A stretch of 64,000 nt of DNA from an uncultured Chthonomonadaceae bacterium (GTDB lineage: Bacteria > Armatimonadota > Chthonomonadetes > Chthonomonadales > Chthonomonadaceae), in NCBI GenBank assembly GCA_963835065.1, contig CAWIEK010000001.1, forward strand, positions 161,344-225,343, in the 5' to 3' direction. Positions 40,228-50,840 of this stretch are shown here, piece by piece. The notes under the pieces were generated by a model. The model searched no databases and was not told the DNA's origin. It was given only the letters and a program-made list of their open reading frames with translations. Position 1 is the first letter of the stretch. Each line of letters begins with the position of its first letter. A program made the position numbers and the translations under genes.

Positions 40228-41397
40228 TCAGTCTGTCGGCGCAGCCTGACTCTGATGCCTGCGGCCTTTCCACTGCCCGCCCTGCCCCCGGTGATGCCGC
40301 AACGCGGACAGAACCGTTGCCCACAAATAGAAGCCTGCCGTGAGTGGCAGCGCGAAGGCCCACAGAGGAGAACGACGGTAAAAGTGCAGCATCGGCAGGT
40401 ATAAGGCGCTCATCAGCAGCCATGTCATGCCGCCGAGTACGCCAGCCCATCCCCCGGCAAGCAGCAGCAGGGGCGGCGCGAGGAATGTCAGCGTCAGGCC
40501 GAGAACGCAGCCGAGCAGGCGCAGGGGCGAGTAGCCTAACTGGGTGTACGCGGTTCGGGCAATGACATGCGTGATTTCGGACAGGCTACCATAACTGCGC
40601 GTACTTTGGGATGTGTCGCTCAGGCCGAGCCAGATCGGATGCCCGCCCGCCTTGATCGCTCGCGCCAGAGCGCAGTCGTCAATCAGTTCGTTTTGTATCG
40701 CCGCCAGTCCGCTAATGCGTTCCAATGCGCTGCGCCGTGCCAGCATGGTTCCGCCCGCCGCGCCCGCCAATGTATTCCGGCTATTATTGACGCGCCGGAA
40801 TGGGTAGAGCATTTTGAAGAAAAACACGAACGCGGGGATCATCAGTTTTTCTGCGCGGCTGCGGCATTGCAGGCGCACCATAAACGAAACCAGGTCGCAA
40901 TCCCCCGCTTCTGCGCGGCAAACCAGTTCCCGCACCGCGCCTGTGCCGTGCGAAATATCCGCGTCGCTGAACAATACATAACACGCCGGGTCATGGGCGT
41001 CAAGGCCGCGCGTTACTCCCTGATTCATCGCCCACACCTTGCCCGTCCATCCGGGCGGCAGGGGATGCGCCGCCAAAACCTGCAAATTGGCTTCCCGTCC
41101 CAACTCGCGCGCTGTTTGCCGCGCAATTTCCGCCGTGCCGTCCTCGCTGTGATCGTCTACAACCACGATTTGCAAACAATGCGGGTACTCCTGCGCCCAC
41201 AGCGAGCGCAGCGTGTCGCCGATTCCTGCCGCCTCATTGCGGGCGGGAATCACAACCGTCACGCGCGGCCATTTGGATGGCGGAGTGGGCACGGGTTCGC
41301 GGTCAATTTGCCAGAAACCGCCATGCGCCAGCCACAACGCCAGCCAGATGAGCAGCGTCAACGCCGCCAGAAAAAGGGTAACAGTGTTCAAGTGCAT
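40228..41397 (-). CDS. hpnB: Hopanoid-associated glycosyltransferase family 2 (HpnB-like)
   Basis: IPARNEA, VDDHSEDGT, PPGWTGKVWAM, FSDADI, PAFVFFF.MLYPF, ELIDDCALA, ARTAYTQL, GGQWKGR. Confidence 0.8.
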   Translation of the reverse strand: MHLNTVTLFLAALTLLIWLALWLAHGGFWQIDREPVPTPPSKWPRVTVVIPARNEAAGIGDTLRSLWAQEYPHCLQIVVVDDHSEDGTAEIARQTARELGREANLQVLAAHPLPPGWTGKVWAMNQGVTRGLDAHDPACYVLFSDADISHGTGAVRELVCRAEAGDCDLVSFMVRLQCRSRAEKLMIPAFVFFFKMLYPFRRVNNSRNTLAGAAGGTMLARRSALERISGLAAIQNELIDDCALARAIKAGGHPIWLGLSDTSQSTRSYGSLSEITHVIARTAYTQLGYSPLRLLGCVLGLTLTFLAPPLLLLAGGWAGVLGGMTWLLMSALYLPMLHFYRRSPLWAFALPLTAGFYLWATVLSALRHHRGQGGQWKGRRHQSQAAPTD

Positions 41398-41449
41398 AGC
41401 ACAGCATAGCGCAAAAACAAGGGCGGCCGCAACTCTGTAGGAAGATTGC

Positions 41450-41561
41450 CGCGTCCTGCGGACGCTTGTGACTTTGCGGCACACGAACAGACGTATGCCT
41501 ACAAAACTCCCGCGTCCGCAGGACGCTTGTACTTTCCTGCCGGGTACTTTCAGTACCCGGC
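41450..41561. repeat. Family A REP-like palindromes
   Basis: GCGTCC...GGACGCTTGT unit twice, followed by TTCCTGCCGGGTACTTTCAGTACCCGGC. Confidence 0.7.
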
Positions 41562-41582
41562 AACAGACAGCAAGCGTTTACA

Positions 41583-44018
41583 TTATCGTCCGATGGAAAA
41601 GGCGCTGAACTCCACGCCCGCCCGCCCGTAGCTGCGGATGCCGAAGAAGGGATTGTCGGCGTTGCGGCGGCTCAAGGTGTTGGTAATCGGCGGATTATTG
41701 TCTGCCGTAACCGTAATCGTATCGCCGCGCAGGGTAATGACAACGCTGTGCGCCCGGTTTGCTCCAATTCCCGGACCGTTATTCGGCAGGGGAGCGTCGG
41801 ATCCGCCCAGGTCGTATACCTTGACGCCACTGGCGTCAAGGTTGACAGCCACGTAACCGGTCAGGTTCGTGTTGGAGTGCAGCACGATTTGCGCGCCATT
41901 GGCATTGCCGGTCTTGAACGTGGCGCGAATGGTTACGTTCGCGCCGGCGGACGCCAGGCTGTACAGCGCGCCCGCGTCGGCTGTGGCCGCGCGTACGCTG
42001 CCATTGCCGGTAAACTCCCAATCGCCGCCCGGCGCTCCCGCCCATGCGATCCGCCCCACGCCGCCGCGCTGCGCGGGGATGGTTCCGGCCAGGCTCTTGC
42101 CGGGATCCCCCGTGAAGGTTTCCGAAAGAAACGTGCTTGCGCGCGTTCGCGCGCCCGCCGCATCGGAACTAGTTGGCTCCGTTCGGTTACCCTCCCCGCG
42201 CATATTGGGGAAGCGGCTGCTGTTGTTGACCATTCTGCCCTTTGTCGTGACGCCGCTGAAATCCGCCCCGTTCACGACCGGTCCCGCCGACACGAACGCT
42301 TCATCCGCAGCGCGGGCATTGTCCAGCCGAACGCCGGACGCGCGAATGTTGTTTACGCGGGTCTGCCGGGTTCCGCTGATGTCCACAATATGGGCGATGT
42401 TTCCTGCCGTGATATTCTGCAATTGCAGCGAATCAATCGTGCCGCCATTTACCTGCACCAGACGGCCTTTAGGGTTGCCATCGGGACGCTGCCAGGTGAC
42501 GTTGGCGATGCGAAGCGTCCCAATGGCGGGTGTGTGCGCCCCGGTTGGCGCGGCAATATACACCTGCGCGGCGGGAGCCTCGCTGCCTGCCGGCTCGGAA
42601 ATGGCTAATCCGTCAATGTTCAATTGCCCGATGTTGGTTTGCTGGTAGCGGTCGTTGATGTATACCAGAGGACGGGCGGACGCATTCGCGCCCCGGCGGA
42701 TGTTGCGCAGCGTGACCGAATCAATTCTGCCTCCCAATCGCACCATTGCATTGGAAAGGTCAACGTTGTCCGTCGGCTGCTCGGATACCTGTGGCGGATT
42801 GACGCCGCCGCTGCCCACGCCGCCATTGAGCCGAGTTCGATCCCAAACGGGCGCGCTCATGTCCCAGCCGTCCACCAGCACGTTTCCCACTTTGCCGGTC
42901 TGTGCGCCCAATCCCGGAAAAGCATCAATCTGCAAAGGAAACTGAAACGTTCCGCCCTGCGTGTGCAAAATCTGAATGCGGTCAATCACATCGGTAATGG
43001 CGAGCAGCCGAAAGCCGAACAATCCGTTTTCCAACTTGCAGCGGTCGAATACGCAGTTGGTAATGTCACCGTGCCAGACGCAGTTGTTCCAGGCCGAATA
43101 CAGGCGGCGTGGCTCACCGCCGGATTGATGTCCGTCGTTGGTGTTGAGCGCGATTAGATCGTTACCGGCTGCGCCGCTAAAACCCGTCACGCGAATGTCG
43201 GAAGCCGGGCCGTTGATGTGCAGCCCGTCCTGATTGGAGTTATAGATAATGGCCGGATTGCCAACCGTTCCGCCCACTTCCACGCGGCAGCCGTCCATCA
43301 CGACATGCCGCACAGTTGCCAGATGGTAGGCATAGGTGGGGCTGTCGTGTACAGTCACGTTGCGCAGCGTGAGGTTTTCCACGCCATACGCGCACAGGCC
43401 GAACACGTTCTGGCCCTGCGTACTAATTTGCAGTTGCCCCTGTGGCTGGCGCGCGTCCGCGCTGCCCGCCGCGTTTCCGGCTCGGTTGCCGTCAATGATC
43501 AAATCTTCAATGGTAACGTCGCGCGTGGGATATGCGGGCGTGTAGGACGGGTTGCCGCTTGCATCGTATTGCACCTGGGGCGGGTCGTCGTTGCGCAGCG
43601 CGAAATTGTTGACATTGCCGCTGTTGGGCAAAAGCAGGATGCCGCCGCCGTTTGTGCCGCGCAATCGGCAATTGCTGTGATATTTCAGCCCGCCCCGCAC
43701 GGCAACCGGCTTGTCGAACACGATCTCGGCAATGCCGTCCCGGTCGGCAACGGAGTCCATCACAGCCTGTATCAAGGCGCGGTCATCCGTGCCCCGGCGC
43801 GTGGTAAAACTGGCGTCGGCGTGAATGCCGGGGATACGGGAAACATAAACGGCATTACCGGCTTCGAGGCGCGTTCCCGTTCGGCGGTTCAGCCTGTCGG
43901 CCCGCTCCGTATCCTGCGCGTTCGCAGCCGGGCTGAAAATCCTGATGCTTGCTCCTGCCAGCAGCGCAAGCGCGTAACGGTGGGTTGTACGAGCGCGTTT
44001 TTTATGATGATTGTGCAT
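41583..44018 (-). CDS. Secreted right-handed beta-helix (pectin-lyase-like fold) protein with C-terminal beta-sandwich
   Basis: TDDRALIQA, IIDGN, NQDGLHI, NDLIAL; repeated short beta strands; signal peptide. Confidence 0.7.
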   Translation of the reverse strand: MHNHHKKRARTTHRYALALLAGASIRIFSPAANAQDTERADRLNRRTGTRLEAGNAVYVSRIPGIHADASFTTRRGTDDRALIQAVMDSVADRDGIAEIVFDKPVAVRGGLKYHSNCRLRGTNGGGILLLPNSGNVNNFALRNDDPPQVQYDASGNPSYTPAYPTRDVTIEDLIIDGNRAGNAAGSADARQPQGQLQISTQGQNVFGLCAYGVENLTLRNVTVHDSPTYAYHLATVRHVVMDGCRVEVGGTVGNPAIIYNSNQDGLHINGPASDIRVTGFSGAAGNDLIALNTNDGHQSGGEPRRLYSAWNNCVWHGDITNCVFDRCKLENGLFGFRLLAITDVIDRIQILHTQGGTFQFPLQIDAFPGLGAQTGKVGNVLVDGWDMSAPVWDRTRLNGGVGSGGVNPPQVSEQPTDNVDLSNAMVRLGGRIDSVTLRNIRRGANASARPLVYINDRYQQTNIGQLNIDGLAISEPAGSEAPAAQVYIAAPTGAHTPAIGTLRIANVTWQRPDGNPKGRLVQVNGGTIDSLQLQNITAGNIAHIVDISGTRQTRVNNIRASGVRLDNARAADEAFVSAGPVVNGADFSGVTTKGRMVNNSSRFPNMRGEGNRTEPTSSDAAGARTRASTFLSETFTGDPGKSLAGTIPAQRGGVGRIAWAGAPGGDWEFTGNGSVRAATADAGALYSLASAGANVTIRATFKTGNANGAQIVLHSNTNLTGYVAVNLDASGVKVYDLGGSDAPLPNNGPGIGANRAHSVVITLRGDTITVTADNNPPITNTLSRRNADNPFFGIRSYGRAGVEFSAFSIGR

Positions 44019-44154
44019 AAGAGCGTGTTCCTTTAGCGCGTGAAAATTTAGTGTATAAAAGCTTGGGGCTTTCTGTCAGACGGAACCAGGGGCGTATATG
44101 TTCTGCCGCCTGCATTGCGCCTCCCCATGGGTGACGCAGCTATCACCGGAAACA

Positions 44155-44189
44155 AAAGGGCGCGGCAGAACCATTCTGCCGCGCCCTTT
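44155..44189. terminator. Intrinsic terminator-like hairpin downstream of the redoxin gene
   Basis: AAAGGGCGCGGCAGAA-CCA-TTCTGCCGCGCCCTTT perfect stem. Confidence 0.7.
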
Positions 44190-44243
44190 CACTGCGGAAT
44201 ACCGCTTTTTAGTGCATATTTGTCGCTGCCGCGAACAATGGAA

Positions 44244-44822
44244 CTACTTTCGGGCTGCCGACGCCATTTTGTTGGGCGTACCGGATTTGGCAAGCAGTTC
44301 GGAAACGCGCCGGTTCAGTTCCTGCTCCTCGTTGGGGCCGATTCCGGTCTGACTCCAGACTATGATGCCCTTCTGGTCAATCAGGTAAATGGAGGGGATC
44401 GCGTCGGCGTTGTACGCCTGCGCGATTTTAGCGTTGGCGTCGGGAGAAACCGCCATCGTGTAGGTCAGCTTGCCGGCTTTCTGAAACGGCTTCACCTGTG
44501 CGGCGCTGCCGCTGTCGTCCACGCTCAGGCCGATGACTTCCAGCCCTTTGCCGCCGTATTTCTGGTGCAGCGATTGGAGAATGGGCGTCACCTGGCGGCA
44601 CGGGCCGCACCACGTCGCCCAAATGTCGAGTAGCACCACTTTGCCGCGCAGGGATTTCAGCGCCAGAGTTTTGCCGTCAACGGTTTTGGTGGTAAAAGCG
44701 GGCGCAACAGAGCCGGCTTTCAGCGGGGGCGGTATGGGCTTGCCGTTCTGCGCTAAGGCCGTCAGCAGGAGCGCAGGCAGCAGCGCGGAAGTCAGCAAAG
44801 CGGAACGAGTGTGCAGGTGCAT
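44244..44822 (-). CDS. TlpA-family redoxin
   Basis: LRGKVVLLDIWATWCGPC, IPSIYLIDQKG; signal peptide. Confidence 0.92.
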   Translation of the reverse strand: MHLHTRSALLTSALLPALLLTALAQNGKPIPPPLKAGSVAPAFTTKTVDGKTLALKSLRGKVVLLDIWATWCGPCRQVTPILQSLHQKYGGKGLEVIGLSVDDSGSAAQVKPFQKAGKLTYTMAVSPDANAKIAQAYNADAIPSIYLIDQKGIIVWSQTGIGPNEEQELNRRVSELLAKSGTPNKMASAARK

Positions 44823-45051
44823 GGTGTTTTCCTTATCAAAAGCGCGGCATCATCAATTGAGCAGCATCCAAAGCGCAATCAGGCGCAAAAGAATGGCATG
44901 GCCGCCTTCCCTTATAATCTGCAAGTTGGAGCGGATGGCGACATGGGTTGATTTCGTTGGTGTATTTTTATAGTATACGCGGTTTTGACGCGCAGCGACG
45001 GCATTTCGCGTTTTTCTTTCCCACAGACTGCATATTGCATCATAAAATAAA

Positions 45052-45720
45052 TCCAGGAGACACCCTGCCTTTAGGCGGGTGAGGAATGGATTTCCTGTTT
45101 GGAAACTTTTGTGTCAGCAAAAGGCTTTCCAATCAAAAACTTCCGTTCTCCCTCCTTTCCTTTGTCCAAACTATTGCTTTCCTGTGGCGCTTTGTGGTTC
45201 AATTGCCTATGCAAATTTGTACGGTTGTCAAACTGCATACCACACCGGAACAGCACGCTGCGCTGGCGCAAACCCTGCGAATGTGCAATGACGCCTGTGA
45301 CTGTATCAGCCAGGTTGCCTTTAAAACCGGCACGTTCCGGCAGTACGACTTGCATCATGCTTGTTATTACAACGTGAAGGCCGAAACCAACCTCCATGCC
45401 AACCACTCAACCATTGGGCATTTCTGCAACTCAAACACTTCCTGCACTACAAAGCAAAACGCGCCGGGGTTACGGTGATTGAAGTTGACCCGCGCTACTC
45501 GTCGCAAACATGCTCCCGTTGTGGGCATTGTGAACGTGCCAACCGCAAGTCGCAGGAGTGTTTTTGTTGTCAATGCTGTGGCTTGGAGGCCAATGCGGAT
45601 GTAAATGCCGCACTGAACCTCAAAGCACGGGGCGAACTGTCAGACGCCCTAATGTTCCGCAAGGAAGCACTCGCTTCCGCGTAGGGACAAGCCCCCAGGA
45701 TTTATCCGGGGGGTCACTGA
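45052..45720 (+). mobile_element. Internally deleted, non-autonomous IS200/IS605 element (ends approximate)
   Basis: Left hairpin ACCCTGCCTTTAGGCGGGT; right hairpin AAGCCCCCAGGATTTATCCGGGGG followed by TCACTGAC; encloses tnpB fragments; no tnpA. Confidence 0.8.
45209..45684 (+). pseudogene. tnpB: tnpB remnant: N-terminal 66 aa joined out of frame to the C-terminal Zn ribbon/RuvC-III
   Basis: MQICTVVKLHTTPEQ...CNDAC; then WAF.QL..FL.YKA, VDPRYSSQTCSRCG, F.C..CG..NADVNAALN; junction at about 45405. Confidence 0.88.
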
Positions 45721-45723
45721 CAG

Positions 45724-47130
45724 TCACATCAGCCCGACACAACGCGCCAGCGTTTCTTCATCGCCAAACCCGCCGGCTTTCGTGAGAAGGGGCAGGCCGT
45801 CAAAACACAGCCCGCTCACGACCTCTGCGGGAACAATAAGCCGCCCGACGGCTACCCCCGGCTGCCATTCCCCCGCAAGGCGCAAGCCCGTTCCTCCGAA
45901 AGCCTGCGCCAGTTCGATGGCCGTGTTTCCTCCGCACACGGCGAGAGCGTCCACGCGCCACCCTGCTTGCAGTCCCCACAAACAAACGCGCCAGGCTACG
46001 CTGCCCGGCATCCAGGCGAAATCCTGCTGTTCCGAAGGATGGGGCGCGTCCGGCGTGGTCAAAACCACAACGCGCTGCCCCTCCGCGTACAATCGGCAAA
46101 TCTCGCTGACGGCGCGTTCCAGGTTCGGCTTGACATTACTCTCATGTCGGACTATCACAGGCGGCGTGTTCAAATGTTCCGTCACAATCGCCGCCTGTCG
46201 CCGACTCGCCGTGTGCAAACTGCCCACAACAACCAGAACGCGCCCTTTATGAAACGGCTCCATCCATTCATGCCGTGTTTGGAACGTTTCTTTTGTGGAT
46301 TCAGAAACTGCTTTCAAGGCGTCCGGCGTTGCTTTTGCGGCTTCGGCTTCGGGAAATTTTCTTATCGGTGTTTCCGCATGAACGGTTTGCAGGGGAAGCG
46401 CAGGCAACGCGGAAGGTATTCGCGCGTCGGCAATCGCCCGCGCCAATCCCGCCGACCCGACCGGCAAATACTGTTGCGGGTTCCGAACCAGCGTTTGCGC
46501 CAGAATGTCCAAATCCGTCCCTTGCGCCGCGTCGCAAAAGACGGTTTGTATTCCCTGCTCCTTCCACTTCTGAAAATGCGCTTCCAGCATCGCCACGCCC
46601 TGCCGAATGTGGCCGATGTTGGCTTCCAATGCGCTTGCGTCGCCCTCCATCCCGAACGCGCCGCGCACCGTCAGATTCCCGAACATGCCGCGCGGCGCAA
46701 ATTCCGTCGCCGTCCAGGGCACGTTATGGATGTGCAGCACACCGGATTGCACCGTTCGTCCTTGCGCCGGAAACGCGGGGCAGACAACCGCCAGCCGGTC
46801 AGGAAACTCCAGCCGAACCGCTTCCAATTCCCATCGCAAATGCCCGCGCAGGGTGCTGTCAATCTTCTTGAACACCACACGCGGCTCCAATTCGCGCAGC
46901 CGCCGCGCCGCCCGCCGAACCGCAAGTTCAATCGCGCGTTTCTCATCGCTCGGCATATCCCGCGTCGCTGTATCATACGCCAGCGCGTCACCCTCCGCCA
47001 AGGGAAACGCTTCCCCGCCATGCCTGATTCGGAACCCGACGCTCGCCTGCCGCCCGGCTCGCGCAAACGCCACCGCCGCATCCGCCGCCCCCGTCAAATC
47101 ATCCGCAATAATCCCAACATCCACCGGCAT
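45724..47130 (-). CDS. Four-carbon acid sugar kinase family protein (DUF1537)
   Basis: IIADDLTGAADA, FKKIDSTLRG, PAFP..GR, VGSAGLA, GGNTA, TKAGGFG. Confidence 0.9.
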   Translation of the reverse strand: MPVDVGIIADDLTGAADAAVAFARAGRQASVGFRIRHGGEAFPLAEGDALAYDTATRDMPSDEKRAIELAVRRAARRLRELEPRVVFKKIDSTLRGHLRWELEAVRLEFPDRLAVVCPAFPAQGRTVQSGVLHIHNVPWTATEFAPRGMFGNLTVRGAFGMEGDASALEANIGHIRQGVAMLEAHFQKWKEQGIQTVFCDAAQGTDLDILAQTLVRNPQQYLPVGSAGLARAIADARIPSALPALPLQTVHAETPIRKFPEAEAAKATPDALKAVSESTKETFQTRHEWMEPFHKGRVLVVVGSLHTASRRQAAIVTEHLNTPPVIVRHESNVKPNLERAVSEICRLYAEGQRVVVLTTPDAPHPSEQQDFAWMPGSVAWRVCLWGLQAGWRVDALAVCGGNTAIELAQAFGGTGLRLAGEWQPGVAVGRLIVPAEVVSGLCFDGLPLLTKAGGFGDEETLARCVGLM

Positions 47131-47268
47131 ACGCGCCTCTTCACAATTCTTTCTCTCGGTTCTTTGTCCCTATTGTTTTTGTATTTTTTCGTTTATTTCG
47201 TGTCTTTCGCGGTTCCCAATCTCCCCGTCTCCCTCTCTCCTCTTCTTCTTTTCTTCTCTTCTCCCCCT

Positions 47269-49108
47269 CTACTCCTTTCCCCGCGCCATAGACGCCAGCA
47301 GGTCGGCGTACTTTTGCGCCACGAATTTGCGCTTTACCTTCAGGGTTGGCGTCAGTTCGCCGCCGTCAATGGTGAAGGGTTGGGGAACCAGCTTGAACCG
47401 CTTGATTTTCTCGAAGTCGGCAAGGTCGGGCGTGTTCTTGTCCACTTCCGTTTTGAACAGTTTCTGCACGTCGGGCAGGACCAGCAGCGCGGGAATATCC
47501 TCAGTCGGCAGGTTCTTTTCTTTGGCCCAGGCGATCAGTTTGGCGGGCTTGCCTTTGGCGTCGTAGTCCGGCACGAGCAGCGCCATCACCGTTGCGGATT
47601 TGTCGCCGAACAGCACGGCCTCGCTGATGTACGGGCTGTGCTTCAGCAGGGCTTCAATCGGCTGCGGCGCGACTTTTTTGCCGTTCGTGAGAACCAGCAG
47701 GTCTTTTTTGCGATCCGTGATTTTCAGATACCCGTCCGCAGACAGTTCGCCGATGTCGCCCGTGTGGAACCAGCCCTGTTCGTCAATGGCTTCCCTGGTC
47801 GCGTCCGGCTTGTTGTAATAGCCCTGCATCCGTCCCTGCCCGTTCATCAGAATTTCGCCGTCTTCAGCGATTTTCACTTTCGTGTGGGGCATGAGGTTGC
47901 CGACGGTTCCAATACGCTGCCGGTTGGGGCGATTGATGGCGATGATGTTGGTTTCCGACAGGCCATAGCCTTCCAGAATCTGGATGCCGATTCCCAAGAA
48001 GAATTCCGCCGTTACGGGATCGAGCGGAGCGCCGCCCGACACGCAATTGCGCAATCTGCCGCCCGTCACCTTTTCCCGCAATTTCGATAATACCAGTTTG
48101 TCCGCCGTCAGGTGCTTCGCTTGCAGAATCGGCCCGATGCTCTGCCCGGCAGATTTTCGCTTCGCCACGTCAATGCCGATTTCCAGACCCCATTCGACGA
48201 TTTTGCGCTGCTTGTCGTCCATTTTGGCGATTTGGTCACGCGCTTTGTCGTGCATGTTTTCCCACAGCCGGGGTACGCACAGCATGGCCGTTGGGCGCAC
48301 AGCGGTTTGTATCTCTTCGGTCAGCGCGAGCAGGCCGAGCGAATACACGATACACGCGCCCACGCGGATCGGCAAAAAGTGCCCGCCAACCCGCTCCGTG
48401 ATATGGCTGAGGGGCAAAAACGACAGAAACACATCGTCCGGGCCAAGATCGGCAATCTTGTCGCTGACAACGCCGTCCGGGGTTTGCAGGATGTTGGCGT
48501 GGGACAGCATCGCGCCTTTGGGGTCGCCCGTCGTGCCGGATGTGTAAATAATCGTCGCCGTATCGTCCGCGCGAACGGTTTGCGCAAGCGCGTTCAAGCG
48601 CGGCTGCGTCCCGCCCACCCGTTTCGCCCCGCTTATAAATTTCGTCGAACAGCAGGGTACATTCCGCTTCCAGTTCTTCGGGTTTGCCTTCCATCGCAAT
48701 GATAAATTCCAGAGCGGGCGTCTCTCCCCGGAACTCCTTCACTTTGGCGCGCTGCTTGGCGTCCGACACCAGCATCGCCCGCGCCCCCGAATCCTTGACA
48801 TAATACGCCACCTGCGCGGCGGGCAACGTGCCGTAAATCGGAACCGTGACCAGTCCGAGATACTGCGCGGCCAGATCGGTAATCGCCCATTCCACGCGGT
48901 TGTCGTGCGAAATCAGCGCGATCCGATCCCCCTTGCGCAGTCCGAGCGCGTCCAGCCCCCGCGCAAACGCCTTTACCTTGTCGTCCAGTTCGCGGTACGT
49001 CCAGTACACGTACTCCGCCGCTTTGCCGGCGCGAAACCCGACCGCGTTCCGCTCGCCATGCGCCTGCGCGGTTTCCAAAAACATCTGGTACAGAGTGCGT
49101 TCCGCCAT
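47269..49108 (-). pseudogene. fadD: Long-chain fatty acid-CoA ligase, one frameshift at about 48597 (possibly assembly error)
   Basis: N-terminal half in ORF 48236..49129; YTSGTTGDPKG, LPLSHI.ER, EGYGLSE, FHTGDIG, ITDRKKD, LTPTLK in ORF 47269..48699. Confidence 0.85.
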
Positions 49109-49294
49109 CAGCCCTCTCCTCCACTTCACCTTGAGTATTCCACCTCGAAGCGCAGCCCTTGCTTCTTAATGGGCAATCGTCAATCGGCAATCAACAATTC
49201 TTCAATAGTGTAGCACGTTCGCCGCAAAAGCGAACGGGCCGAAAGACCCAAATCGTCTGGTCTTCCGGCCCACGTTTCCAAATTCAACTTTTGT

Positions 49295-49978
49295 TTAGAT
49301 TTCATGCGCCGCCGCAAGGGAATTCAGGAGCGGCAAGTCCGATGTTTGGCTTACGACCTGAACGCCAACGGAACATCTGTCCATGCCACAGGCAAACACC
49401 CGCAGCGAATTCTCAACCCGGCCAAGCCATTCCTCTTGTTCCCGTTGCTGCCGCATCCAGGGCCACAGCAAAAACGTGGACAAGTGACCCGGATAGGCAT
49501 TGACTTGAAAGTTCGGTGGCATGGGGTTCAGAACATCGCTTTGCAGCACGAGCATATTGGTGAATATCGGATCAAGAGGCACGTTCCAAAAGGCTTCGCC
49601 ATCCGCCGAATTCTGATCCGGCAGCGCTGTCCATACAATCTGACAAGTCCATACGGCAGGCTTTTGGAAGCGATAGGAAGGAGGCAGCCAGTTCGCCTCC
49701 ACAAAGGCGTCCCAATGCGCGGGAAACACGACAAGGGTACATAGCCATCCAACCGCGCCCGGTTCCGCCAGGAACGTCGTGGCCGCGCGTTTGTACACCG
49801 TCGCGAGTTCTGAAAGCAGCCTGCGAGGACACGGGGTGTCGTTTGTCGTTGGCGCGGTTTTAGCGTTATCATGCCAGAGGATAAGCGAGGCAAGGTTATC
49901 CCCATGCAGTCCCGGAATCCGAATATCGGGATGTGCTACCCCCGCTGTATAAAGATTGTCGTGCAGTTCTGCGATCAT
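49295..49978 (-). CDS. Hypothetical protein (Trp/Pro-rich)
   Basis: 227-aa ORF starting 2 nt after the upstream stop; hairpin at about 49236-49271 downstream. Confidence 0.55.
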   Translation of the reverse strand: MIAELHDNLYTAGVAHPDIRIPGLHGDNLASLILWHDNAKTAPTTNDTPCPRRLLSELATVYKRAATTFLAEPGAVGWLCTLVVFPAHWDAFVEANWLPPSYRFQKPAVWTCQIVWTALPDQNSADGEAFWNVPLDPIFTNMLVLQSDVLNPMPPNFQVNAYPGHLSTFLLWPWMRQQREQEEWLGRVENSLRVFACGMDRCSVGVQVVSQTSDLPLLNSLAAAHEI

Positions 49979-49980
49979 TA

Positions 49981-50586
49981 TTAAGAAAGACGCGGGATTT
50001 CCCCAAAATACTGCCAGTTCCAGATAAGCGTTTTTCTGAGCGGCAGAATATGGAATTCATACCTGCGCATTTCAAACGCTGTTCGTAATGCCGTCTCGAA
50101 GGCCGTTTGAAAGCGGCTGTCTATACAATAGATGGGATTTCCTGAATCGAAGTAGGAGAAATTCGACTTGATGGTACATCTCCACTCTCCAAAGTTTTGC
50201 TCCGGCGCGACAAAGTAATCGTGGATGTTACCGGAACGTGGCATCCCTGAAAAGAGTTCCACGTTCTGCTGCAGCCGAATTTCTGAGCGAGAGAGCAGGG
50301 ACGGTTTCAGAAAAGTCAGCAGCAGCGTATCGTAAAGAGAGTTGATGAAATCCGGCCAGAACAAAGCGGAAAACTGGCTGCCGGTGGTGAAGCGCAGCGC
50401 TATGACCCGAAGAGGAACTCGTAATCCCGGCGACTGATAATGCAGATGCTGCGTATGGACGCCAAGTTCGTCACAACGCTGCAGGAAACGCTCGCTTGCC
50501 CTACGCAGCAAAAACAACGCTTCTGTCGCAGGGATACCCGCAGAGAACAGTACCGTTTCCAGCAGTTGTGGGTTTCTTTGTCCCAC
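49981..50586 (-). CDS. Hypothetical protein; the true gene may start near 50805 and be frameshifted
   Basis: 201-aa ORF without a good RBS; broken upstream frames reach an ATG at about 50805. Confidence 0.45.
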   Translation of the reverse strand: MGQRNPQLLETVLFSAGIPATEALFLLRRASERFLQRCDELGVHTQHLHYQSPGLRVPLRVIALRFTTGSQFSALFWPDFINSLYDTLLLTFLKPSLLSRSEIRLQQNVELFSGMPRSGNIHDYFVAPEQNFGEWRCTIKSNFSYFDSGNPIYCIDSRFQTAFETALRTAFEMRRYEFHILPLRKTLIWNWQYFGEIPRLS

Positions 50587-50840
50587 AAGAAGGCATTTAG
50601 CGTCATTCGCGGATCACTCCGCTTGGATACGGTCTCAAAATCTTCCACAAACGTGTACTCGTAATGCGGAAGCGGGCTGCCGAGGGCGGCGTTGCAGGGA
50701 CTTCAGAAAGTAGCACGGCTGCTCAGGAGCGGTTGAAGTGGTTTGCGCAGGCAGGAGATCATGCAACATTCCCCGAAAGAGAACCACAACTTTGTGTATG
50801 TTCATGGCTTGCTCTTATATCTTCGAGATAGCACATGTTG

